Origin: Gnetum montanum
Lineage: Eukaryota; Plantae; Gnetophyta
Direction of reading: 5' to 3'
Length of the DNA: 64,000 nucleotides
Assembly: GCA_015680685.1 (NCBI GenBank)
Contig: MNCI01000003.1
Location: 666,193-730,192 of the forward strand
Within the stretch, counting starts at the first letter, position 1, and every line of letters starts with the position of its first letter. Under the pieces are notes generated by a model, which saw only the letters and a list, made by a program, of their open reading frames with translations, had not been told where the DNA came from and ran no database searches. Below are positions 38,592 to 50,456 of this stretch, one piece after another. A program made the position numbers and the translations under genes.

Positions 38592-41365
38592 TAGAAATGT
38601 CATATTCAGCTTTTGCACAAGTACATGATCCTTGTCCCACATGACAACCTTGAAATAACCTCCACACTTCATTATTTCAATACGATACGACAACAACATG
38701 ATTTAAGAAAACACAAAGTTCAAGGCTACCCAATGAATTCCTATTCTTTATATAGGAAAATGATAGGGAAAGAAAAATATTATTTAAAGTAAATTCTATG
38801 TTAGTATCCTTAACATTTTTGAGGGTGAAATACTAATGTAAATAGATAACATTAAATAATATATGTCTATAATGCTTAGGATAATCTATTAATAAGGCTA
38901 CCAAAGAGAGTTTATAATTAATACTAAATAATATTCCATCCATAATGCTAACATTAATACTAACATATTTGCTCCTAGCAAATCCACACCTTCTAGGTTT
39001 ATGCCTTCATATTGTAATGCACAAGAAATAAAATTTGGAAGGCCAAGGGAAACATACATAGAAAACAACAATCCACGAAAATTTAGAAATATTTTATATT
39101 TTAAGATTTATTACCAAGCTTGGAATTAGTTATCCTTTTCATCATGCAACCACAACAATCTATCCAAAATTATTATGGAATACATTGAATCTAAAATGTT
39201 GACTCGGATAATGATAAATTGTGTTTTTTGTAGGCCTAGATATCGAATACCCGATATCTTAGCCTCGATATCGGAGCACATGCTACAACATTGGATATCC
39301 GATATCATGGTATGTGTGCCTGCCTATAAATGCAACACTTGGGGGCACATCTGAATAACTTTTCATTCCATCATTAGGTAGACTCTTGTAGTTTGTTTTC
39401 GTAGTTTTAGCGATAAAGTGCATGACTGCAATGTGGTGTTAAGCAATTGTACGAAATATTTATTCAAGTGAAGTGTACTTGGGCATAGTTCATGTCCAGA
39501 AATAAAGGTTGAGATTGCTTTTCATCATTGTAACATCCACTTAGTTTTACTATTTTACTTAGCATAGTTTTTACTATTTTCTTAGTTTAATCATTTACAT
39601 TTTCAGGTACTTTACTTTCTTGTTCATTAGAAAAGCAGAATGAGTACAATTGGTTTCGAGTGTTTAAGTGTAATCATTTGGTAATCCTGGTAGTGCTATA
39701 GCTTGGTTCGCTTAGTAGCATAATGCTTGGTAACCTAGGAATGATTACATGAGCCCAAGACGTGTATGGTAAGCCAAGATCGGATGCTCATCACTCTAGG
39801 CTAGTTTAGATTTATCTTCTTATCATTAGTTAGATTAAATACTTAATTTCTCTCTTAGTGTTAAGATTAGTTTAAGGCCACAACAACATCAATTATCATA
39901 TGCCTCCCTTTGGACTAAACTATACATGATAAAGCTACCACTAGTGCAAGTGGGAAGATAACGTCCTACGATCAATGCTTAACAATCTAAATGTCACAAC
40001 TAGTCCCATCCATAGAATTTGATTGGATTGTGCGTGAACACATGTGATTTGTATGGTTGGGTGTAGGGGTACCTGCCGCTCATCATTAGCGTTGTTGCCA
40101 TGGATGGTGCTAGTTATCTAAATTAGATAGATTATAAATGATCGCTGTGAAAGTATTAATGATTTACCTTTTAAAAAATATTAATATTTTATGTCACACA
40201 TGCTATCAAATAAAACTGATGAGTGGCGAGGTACCCCTACACTCAACCATACGAAACGAGCGTAGCACGCACGATCTGGTCAAACTCCGCAGATGGACTA
40301 GTTGTGGCACCTAGACAGTTATCCTTAGGTCGCAGCTCGCTGTCTTCCCACCTGGACTAGTGTTATATTTTTCACGTATGGTTTAGTCCAAATGAGGTGT
40401 ATGATGTGTTCCTAATTCTAACGCTACTCCTAAAGGCAGTGGAAAATAATATTAACTAAGCTAAGCTAGGAGGAAAAGGGTAAGAGAATCTAATCTAGCC
40501 TAAGTGCGATGAGCAACCGATTCCTTGATCAATCGTACACATCTTGGACCTCGTGCATGACTACCACTAGGATTACCAAGCGTAGATCCTAGGTACGCCA
40601 CTGGGATTACCACGCGTAGATCCCAGATACACCACTGGGTTACCAAGTGGAGATCCTAGATACGCCACTGGGTTACCAAGTAGTCACACTTAAATGCTCG
40701 TAATCAAGTCGTACTCGTTCCGCATTCTAGGAGTTTAAGGGTGAGAGAGAGAAAACAGTAAATAAAATTAAATAAATAAACAAACAAATAAATGACAAAG
40801 TGAATGCTACAATGATGAAGTAATCTCGATCTTTATTGCCGGTCATGTGCATGTCCAAGTACGGCACACTCGAATAAAGACACTATATAATTACATTCAC
40901 CACATTGCGGGCAGACACGGAAAAAAAATCTAACTTTGGAGGGATCAAACTGCCAGAGCTTCACTACTTTTAACTGGGATCCCCAAACAAGGGAGAGCCG
41001 CGTCTTATTTATAGATATGGCGGCGAACTGTGATATTGCGTAGGCGATATCGTAGGGAAGATGCGATATCGCGTAAGCGATATTGCGAGGGATGCGATAT
41101 CGCGACGGACGTGATATTGCATACGCGATATCGCGACGGACGTGATATCGCATACGCGATATCGCGACACGGCCTATGCGAATCCCGTCTCATCATACCC
41201 CCACGACTGAATAAAAACTCATCCTCGAGTTACAAGGAGAACAAGCTTCATTGATTACACAGTGGATAGGTATGGGATTATTAACTGGAAAAAGAAATGG
41301 ACTAATGCCGCAGTGTGGGGAGACACAACACAGACAAAAAATTGCTACACTACAAAAAATGGAAC

Positions 41366-43728
41366 TCATGTAGTTCCTGGTGGTGGTGGCTCCTCCATGG
41401 GTGCTTTCCCCTTGTCACGTGCTCCAATCTTGGAAGGTTGACGGCGCTGAAGAATGGCCTGGAGCTTCTCCTCTTCAATCTGAGGGTCCTGTGCTACCCA
41501 TGCTAATGTTCCAATGTTTGACGGAGTCGGCACCTCCCACGGACAGGGTAGTTGCGGGAACATCTGATTAGCTTTGACATACCATGCCGCGAATACCCGT
41601 CGTTCCTCTTCATAGGCTTTGGCTTTGTCTTTGTATTCGTGAAGCTCTATTAGACATTGAGCCAAGTCGGTTGCAACATCTTTCTGTCCCTGGTAGCTTT
41701 CTTTTACCACCGTAAGTTTAGAATCTGCGACATCTAGTTTCTCAGCCAACTTCTTGCGCTCTACAAATTCTGCCTCATATTTGATGTTGGTGGAAGCTAC
41801 TTGCTGCTCGAGCTCTGACCTCGGGCATCCTGCTGTTAACATGGCCAGGTTGGCATATCTAAGGTTTGTCAACTCCATGTATTCGGTCAAGTCTTGGATC
41901 TGCAGGTCCCGGTTCTTAATTTTCACTTGGTGGGCAAAGGCGTAAGTGTCCAATATGGCCCTCCAATTAGTGTGCTGAGCACTGATGTTGTTGATTTAAG
42001 CCTTGGCCATATGGATCTCCTTCTCCGGGATTTGTTTGTACATCCCCACCTAATCACTAAAATGCTCCTTCAGCTTCTCGTGTTGTTTAGCCTCATTCTG
42101 CCACGTGTTTATCTCGATGGCTGATTTTTGGCGAATAGCGCGTACCTCCTCCATTGAGAGGGTTCGATTTTCTCTGGCTAAACAGCTTACATCTCGGTTG
42201 ACCCGAATGAACTGTTCTCGTAACTGATGAAAGTGTTCATCGAGAACATTCTTTTGTTTCTCCACAAAAGTCAACCGAAGGTTATCTGCAACCAACTGCT
42301 TATTCTCTTCTTCTAAGGCCTTGAGTGCCTTAAGATATGCATGAGTTTGTGCTTGTGTGGTGGAGGCATCCCAAGTGGTCGTCTCCTTTTCTTTTACCAC
42401 CTTCTTATTTTTTGCAATTAGCTTTGTTAATTGCTTAGTTCTGAAATTTTCTAGCTGGTCTACGGAAAAAAATTGCAAAGGATCCCACTATGCTGCTTGT
42501 AAGGCTATGAGCTGCTCTTGTAGTTTCTACACTTCAGCTTCAACATGCTTGGCCCTTACTTCGGATATGATGAGCTTCCCCTTTGTGGAAATGAGGTTTG
42601 ATTGAATTGCCGTTACATCTTGGGGGATGTCAAACAAGGACGTCAAAACTTACCCTATTTGTAGCAATCGATCTAGCGCATCCTCATGTTTCGCTGGAGT
42701 CATTGAGGTTCTGGCAAGAGTCTAAGCATCCCGTTCTCTTGAAAGATCTACCGGTGGCACAACAGGTATGTTAAAGGATTCTTTGATATGGTCAATGACC
42801 ACTTCAGTAGCTTTCACAGCATCCTGGTGTTGCATGACCACCACAGTGGCCCCTTCACCAGTCTCTAACTGCACTTGAAAAGATGTCACGTTTCTAAAGA
42901 TCTGTTGTGACCATCTGCTTTCCCCTCCTCTTGTTTGACTTGATAATTCACCCCTTGTGCAATCTAATGAAATAGTAGGCTGGTCGGCATCATCAATGAT
43001 GTGGAAGAGGTTTGCGTCATCACGACTTCCCCAACTAACTGTCTCGGTGATGGCCCTAAGATGGCTCATCGACGGTCTGTAGTCTTGTGGTGGTGGTGGT
43101 TGATCCTGGCCTGTGCTGGGTCTTGCTTCTTGTTGTTGGATGGGACTTGTGGCTAGAGGTTGACTGGGTCTTGCAAGTTGAGTTGCAGGTGATCCAGTCA
43201 TCTGTTCTTCTTCTTCATCTGGTCCCAACTCTTCGCCAATGCTCTTTCTTGGAGCTGGCGCCTTTAATAACTTAGCATAAGAAGCATTCTGGGCCTTTTG
43301 GAGGACGTAATTTGTGTATCCCCGAATACCAGCCCATCGGCATAGTTTTTTGATAAGGCAGGGANGCCGCACTCAGAGAGGATAGTTCATAAGGGAGATC
43401 CTTTAAGGTGATCCCTAATAGCCTTAGGAGCAAACTCGGCAAAAGATTTGAAGTTAAGTTCCACAATCACCGCAGCAACTATGGACTTCATATGGATAGC
43501 CTGAACACATTCCGGGGGCAACGTGAGTTGTTGTCCCGATTCAGATGCAGCAGCAGCTCCTCTTTCTGCCTGCCTGGACCATCTTGTAGGAGGTTCTTCT
43601 TGATGGATGCTGAATGATTGCACCTTATGTTTTGCAGGTTGTTTGGTAGGGACCCTTCTTCCACCTCTCTAAGGTTGTTTCGCTTCACCTTGAACAGGAC
43701 CCTCTCGCTGCACACGTTTCGGGGCCAT
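41366..43728 (-). pseudogene. Extra (env-position) ORF of element D; best-preserved copy
   Basis: ATG GCC CCG AAA CGT (MAPKR) at 43728; ORF-track pieces 43387-43623, 42722-43372, 42050-42478 and 41366-41953 join into one protein ending KGKAPMEEPPPPGTT*; few stops; an assembly n at 43365. Confidence 0.85.
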
Positions 43729-45477
43729 TTGCAATCACACGACCAAACATTAGTAAGGTTGTTTTCAAAGTCAAGTTATACCTTACTACATGTCTTTAAT
43801 TAAAGATCTTATGTTATTGTGTGATTGTGCCCAAAAATTATAATAATGGGTCCTATGACTTAGGTGGGTTTCATTTTAATCTCTCGGCGTACCTAAGGTC
43901 ATATGATTTTTGGCACAATTTTTCTAAGTGTTAGTGTTAATTACCCTAATTGATGTCCTTTGGGCGATGACAAATTTCAAAAAATTTAGGCACTTTTCGG
44001 TAAGTGTCTCTCCCCCACAACTAAACTGAACACTTCGGGTTCAAGCAGGTTCAAACAAAATTAAAATCGGAGCACCAGCATGCGAGATATAAGTGAAAAA
44101 GCGAGGGTCATGCAAGTGCAAGTCGTAGAGAAAAAAAATTTCAAAAATTGCCCCCACGTAAATGGAAAAATGATGCTAAGTGTTGCGGTGGGGGTTCCTA
44201 TTTATAAGTAAATAGGACGCGATATCGCGTACGGTACATCGCATACGCGATATCACGTGGGACGCAATATCTCGTCCCCAGTGATGTGGAACACATGAAA
44301 AATACCAAATTTTTAAGGATTTTCTTGAAATTAATGGTGTAAAATGAGGACATGGGCAAGTATGAAGATATACTAGGGTAATTTCATTAATTCGAGAGGC
44401 ACTCGTAATGATAATAATGTGAATTTAGCAATTAAAAATTTGGCGGTTATGAGGAAAAGGGAATGTAATGGTACATTGGAACGTTAAAATTTTGATGGAT
44501 AATAAGAGGGAAAGAAAATTATGAAAATTAAGCTGAGGGTAAGAAATTGTGTGTTTGAAGTAGAGAATTAGTGAAGATTACGAAAAATTACACAAGTGGG
44601 TCCTCCCCAAAGCAGGTTTCAACCTATTATGCCCTTGTGTAACCACACTTAAAGTGTCCATGGGCACTAGAAGGGTTAATATGTAATCCACATTAATGCT
44701 ACACAACACATGCATGGAAATATCACCGGAATGAGATGAAAATTCTATGCTACACGGGACACGAGCTACAATTACATGAACAGTGAGATGAGAAGAAGTA
44801 TAGCAATGGATCGTAGAGATTGGGACATGAGGTAACTGACTCAGGGCACAATGAATCCTGCGTGAAAAGCATGATTAAGGTGTGACTAACCCATCGTTTC
44901 AAGATTAGGACCAAGTCCATCCTTCTAATCAGTGACATCGCATTGTGTCATCCCATGGTGAACAAGTATAAGAGTACCATAACAACAAGGCGTACGATCA
45001 CTTGGTGTTTAGTAGAAGGGAGGAGTGATTTTTTGTTTTATGGCACTCCCTTTTTCTTTTATTTCTTTTTTTTTTCACTTGACTAAATCTAGAGAAGCTG
45101 CCAACCTTCAAGCATGGGTGCATGTCTTTCCAGTGGAACCCCCTAGAACAGCGTTTGATTTTTGAGTGCCCTTTTGATTACTCTTACTCCCATTTTTCTT
45201 TAGATCTACAAGGATCTTAGTAGAACCATATTGCATGATACTCCCATAGATGTCACCAAAGGGAATCCACAAGTCCCCTTGATGTCATACCCTAATCATT
45301 CCCTCTTAGTCCATCCTTCTTCATTCTGGGTACAATAACACAAAATTAATTTTAAGTTTTAGAAATTTCAAGAATATCACTGTACCCTCGAACAGAACCT
45401 CTTTATTTATAGAGTGAATGAGTGGGTGTAATGGGCTCACTGTTCCAAATAATTGACCACTCATGACTTAATAACAT

Positions 45478-46012
45478 NNNNNNNNNNNNNNNNNNNNNNN
45501 NNNNNNNNNNNNNNNNNNNNNNNNNNNNNNNNNNNNNNNNNNNNNNNNNNNNNNNNNNNNNNNNNNNNNNNNNNNNNNNNNNNNNNNNNNNNNNNNNNNN
45601 NNNNNNNNNNNNNNNNNNNNNNNNNNNNNNNNNNNNNNNNNNNNNNNNNNNNNNNNNNNNNNNNNNNNNNNNNNNNNNNNNNNNNNNNNNNNNNNNNNNN
45701 NNNNNNNNNNNNNNNNNNNNNNNNNNNNNNNNNNNNNNNNNNNNNNNNNNNNNNNNNNNNNNNNNNNNNNNNNNNNNNNNNNNNNNNNNNNNNNNNNNNN
45801 NNNNNNNNNNNNNNNNNNNNNNNNNNNNNNNNNNNNNNNNNNNNNNNNNNNNNNNNNNNNNNNNNNNNNNNNNNNNNNNNNNNNNNNNNNNNNNNNNNNN
45901 NNNNNNNNNNNNNNNNNNNNNNNNNNNNNNNNNNNNNNNNNNNNNNNNNNNNNNNNNNNNNNNNNNNNNNNNNNNNNNNNNNNNNNNNNNNNNNNNNNNN
46001 NNNNNNNNNNNN
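45478..46012. other. Assembly gap (535 N); single-n breaks also at 43365 and 47297
   Basis: Run of n in the sequence. Confidence 1.
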
Positions 46013-47296
46013 GTATTGTGGAGAATGGTATTGTGGTGAGATAGAGTATGTTGGCCCAGTTGAAGAAACAAGGTGTTGAACGTGATAAGTGTTTGGATTC
46101 AGATAATATGAAGGGTGCCTCCAGTCTAAGGGTGGATTCCCCCATGACTGGGATTGTTGCCACTGTGATCGAACATAGTATCTCTATATGAACTCTGGAT
46201 GTAACATGTTTTCCCAATGCTCATGTAGATGTAACAATATTGGGCATTGGCCCTTGGGGTGATCGTATAGGCATAAGTTGCATTCATATGTAGAATTGGT
46301 AGTTGAGCGCTTATTCCCTTCGTTCTTTTTTTCCGAATATCTATTATTTTATCCTACCTCTTGGGTTGTCAAAACTCTATCTCCAATGATGTTGATACAT
46401 TCTTCACACTTTTGATACATCCATTCCAACATCTTATTGATCTTTGCCTTGGCTTCTTCTAACAAATTTTGTATTGGCAAAGATGATGTTTCCACCTTGA
46501 GATTAGTCGATCTCTCCTTGTTATGATCCTGGACCTTTGTGAAGTTGAGATTTTGGTCCCGTTGCTGTTTTTCAACACTCTCCCATGTAGCTATTTCTCC
46601 TTCTTCTTTTGCTACCTGCTTAATAAGCTCTTGGATTTGATGGGTTCGTAGTTCGTATAATTGACCTTGGGCATACGTTCCTAAGGTCTCTTTTGTTTCA
46701 TTACGTAGCCCATCAGTGATATGGTATATTAGCCTTTCCTCGGAAAACCCATGGCCTGGACAGTTGTTTAATAGTGCGTAATATCTTTCTAAGGCCATGT
46801 CCAAGGGTTCATATTTTTCTTGTTTCCATCCTTGGATTTGTTTCCTCAAGGATGACACTCCTGCGTAGGTTTGATATTTTTCGTTAAAGAATTCTACCAT
46901 TGTTGATCAGCGTCATATCGAATTTGGTTTTAATGATCTATACCATACTTTTGCTTGGGCAACGAGTGTCATGGGAAAGACCTTAAGTTTTTGCCAACCA
47001 TTATCAATGTTATTCCATGTGCAGGCATCATAGAAGGCTAGTAAGTGTTGTTGCGGATCTAAGTCATAGCCTCCTAAAAATTTAGGAAAGTTGTTTAAAT
47101 CGAGCCTGGGTAGTCGGCTCTCTTTACGATGCCTACGTGAGATTCAAACGACCTCTTGTATTTGCGTTAGGCTTGTAGTGGCTAGTGGGGGTTCATCGTC
47201 ATCAAGTAAGTTAGGCTTTCATGTATTATGATGACGTTGTTTTTGTTCATTCTTATAAGAAACTCCCACTTCAGGTTGTATACTCCAACCTTCATC
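46013..47296 (-). pseudogene. gag of element D (retrotransposon gag capsid region)
   Basis: FPKFLGGYDLDPQQHLLAFYDAC..LKVFPMTL..AKVWYRSL, then the 183-aa ORF 46349-46900 (LERYYALLNNCPGHGF...YHITDGL). Confidence 0.85.
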
Positions 47297-48217
47297 NGGC
47301 GCCAATGATGAGTGGCGAGGTACCCCTACACTCAACCATACGAAACGAGCATAGCACGCACGATCTGGTCGAACTTCGCAGATGGACTAGTTGTGGCACC
47401 TAGACAGTTATCCTTAGGTTGTAGTTCGCTATCTTCCCACATGGACTAGTGTTATATTTTTCACGTATGGTTTAGTCCAGATGAGGTGTATGATGTGTTC
47501 CTAATTCTAACGCTACTCCTGAAGGTAGAGGAAAATAATATTAACTAAGATAAGCTAGGAGGAAAAGGGTAAGAGAATCTAATCTAGCCTAAGTGCGACG
47601 AGCAACCGATTCCTTGATCAACTATATACATCTTGGACCTTGTGCACAACTACCACTGGGATTACCAAGCGTAGATCCTAGGTACGCCATTGGGATTACC
47701 AAGCGTAGATCCTAGATACGCCACTGGGTTACCAAGCGTAGATCCTAGATACGCCACTAGGTTACCAAGTAGTCACACTTAAATGCTTGTAATCAAGTCG
47801 TACTCGTTCCACGTTCTAGGAATTTAAGGGTGAGAGAGAGAAAACAGTAAATAACATTAAATAAATAAACAAACAAATAAATGACAAAGTGAATGCTGCA
47901 ATGATGATGTAATCTCAATCTTTATTGCTGGTCATGTGCGTGTCCAAGTCCGACACACTCGAATAAAGACACCGTACAATTACATTCACCACACTGTGGG
48001 CAGACACAGAAAAAAAAATCTAACTTTGGAGGGATCAAACTGCCAGAGCTTCGCTACTTCTAACTGGGATCCCCAAACAAGGGAGAGTCGCGCCTTATTT
48101 ATAGATATGGTGGTAGACTACGATATCGCGTACACGATATCGTAGGGAAGACGCGATATCGCGTACGTGATATCGCGGGGGATGCCATATCGCGGGGAAT
48201 CGTGTCTCATCAAAAAC

Positions 48218-50456
48218 CATGTCTTCTTCAGAAAGGGCCAAGAATACATCATATGATGAAAACACTGGTAGAAAAAATGATAGGATCTATATTGAGAAAA
48301 ACTAGAGTAAACAACCACAAGCAGGGGTTTCCTATGCTTATTCAAACCCTTACAACACTTAAAGACTATGTTCAACTAATGCAAACAATTCTAAAGGAGA
48401 TGGAGTAAGTCCTAGAACAAAGAGGGCCTCAAGGCCTAGGACCTCCTCCAAACTTAGAAGAGATACATCAAGGGATCAAAGGGGAAAATATAGTAGCCAT
48501 GGCAATTCTCCCAATTCAACATCTTCCTCTTTCTCTTCCACATCTAGTTCTGATGAGGATGAATATAGGTATAGAAATAGGGATTAAGATGAGGATAGAA
48601 GTAAAAATAGACAAGACCATCAAAGTGAACATAGATGAGATCATCATAATCAAACAAATGAAAATAGAAGACATCACCACAACATGTCTAACGATGATGG
48701 ACCCTTGTTGGATACTAGGAGCATGATGTAGATAATAGAGGCAATTAGAATACCCCACAGGCATCAAAGGGAAAGTTTCATTAAAATACTTGATATGAAT
48801 AACATTCCCAAATTTGAAGGTGGCTATAATTTTCACCCACAATGTCATTTACAAGCCTTCCACGATGCATGCACCTTACAAAACATTGAGAGTGAGTGGA
48901 AAAAGCTTAAGCTGTTTCCTAGGACACTAATAGAAGAAGTCAAAAGTTAGCATAGATCATTGGAGCTAGATTTAACCCATCGATGGTCCACAATGCTTGA
49001 GCTCTTGAACGAGAAATACCAAAACTATGAGAGAGTGTCTAATTTAAGAAAAAAGTTCCAAGGGTGGAATCGAGAAAATCATGAACCCTTGGATATGGCA
49101 TTGGATAGATACTATTCCCTACTACATAGATGTCTAGGCCATGAGTTTTCTCAAAAAGAGTAGCTACTCCACATCATAGGTGGACTTTGTACCCCAATGA
49201 GAAAGATCTTTAGGATCTATGCTCAAGGGTAGTTATCTGAATTAGAAGCCCATAAAACATAAAGGCTAGTTGAATAGGTTGCAAAAGAAGAAGGAGAGCT
49301 ATGTAAAAGGGAGAGTATTGAGGAATATAACTAAGACTCAACTCTTGAAACAAGAGAAGTTCAAATTTATTATAAGAAAAAAGAGGAAGCTCTCAATGAG
49401 TTGATTTTAAAATAGACCTTGCCAATACAAAAGGCTATCGTTGAGATTGAAGCAATGATAGATAAGATGTGGGAGTTAATGAATGAAAAGGTTACAATCT
49501 ACTTGGAAACCATAGGGGAGAAGGTAGTGCAAAAAGAAATGAGTGATCAAAACAAAAAGAGGAAAAAGACTAATGAAACAAGTAGGAACACTTATTGGAA
49601 AAAAGGGAAAATGACCATAGTAGAAGAGGTTTCCAACTCAAATACAGAAGATGATGATGGATGTGACATCTGCCAACATGACCATCTAAAGGGCTATTAC
49701 CCAATTATGTTACATTGACATGAGTTTGGGGCTTTTGCTTTGAATCCCAGGTTCATACAAAAGCAAATGCCTAGGAAATTACCTTACTCACAAGGTAATT
49801 ATAGATAGTCCTACCACCAACCATACTATTCTAGTGGGACTTCCTATTAGCCTCAATACTACTATCAACCGTAGTGGCAAAACCCACAGTCATGGGGGAT
49901 GCCATCAACAAACCAAGAATACCCTTATTACCAATTGGACCCATATGACTACTATGTTCAACAACCTATTTCTCCAAATGGTTCTACTTCCTCTACCTTG
50001 AATCACTAATATCACTCTCCTAAGTATCATCAACCCATAGTATCTCCTATGGGATCATCATCTCAAAACTCTTATCCTCCATGAAATCCTTAATATTCTC
50101 ATACTTTCCTCCACCATATGTCACCACCAACAACACAGGAAGGATTGGCACCAAAACATCAACAAAAGAATGCCACTTATGTTGTGAACATACACGTAAA
50201 TGATAATGCTAGTAGATCTCAACCACAATCTCAAAAATGTCCTTTCTTTAGGAAAGTTTCCACACATGAGAACAAAACTCATAGACCTACTGGTTCATCT
50301 AAACTAGCACAAGGCCAGTTAGGTGCAACACCCTTCCTCACCAAAATAACGTCTTCCAATCCTACGCAAGGGCCAACACCCATTACCACTCCAGTGAAAA
50401 GCATAATAGATGAACCTATCACTATAGAGATAGGTAATTCCATGCATTACTACTGA
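48218..50456 (+). pseudogene. gag relic of element C
   Basis: His/Asp/Arg-rich N-terminal region, LDRYYSLLHRCLGHEF, degenerate zinc knuckle CDICQHDHLKGYYP, Pro/Gln-rich tail; no protease follows. Confidence 0.8.

Larger units (their letters stand above)
40217..48212 (-). mobile_element. Athila-like element D: youngest, nested in C, TSD AAAAC
   Basis: 5' LTR 47306-48212 and 3' LTR 40217-41195, highly similar; aaaac at 40212-40216 and 48213-48217; PBS TGGCGCC; PPT gtcgtgggggta; CpGs largely retained. Confidence 0.95.

Noticed and set aside
40833-41254. Arg-rich repeat ORFs (RDIAYAIS) and a CRISPR-like appearance
   Set aside because: Translation of the LTR palindrome array; no unique spacers and no cas genes, in a eukaryotic context
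43365-43365. Apparent ~430-bp deletion in D's accessory ORF, and a truncated PBS/leader at 47297
   Set aside because: Both coincide with single n characters, so they are probably assembly breaks rather than biological deletions
45403-46217. Long ORFs of 208-249 aa
   Set aside because: Artefacts of the N run
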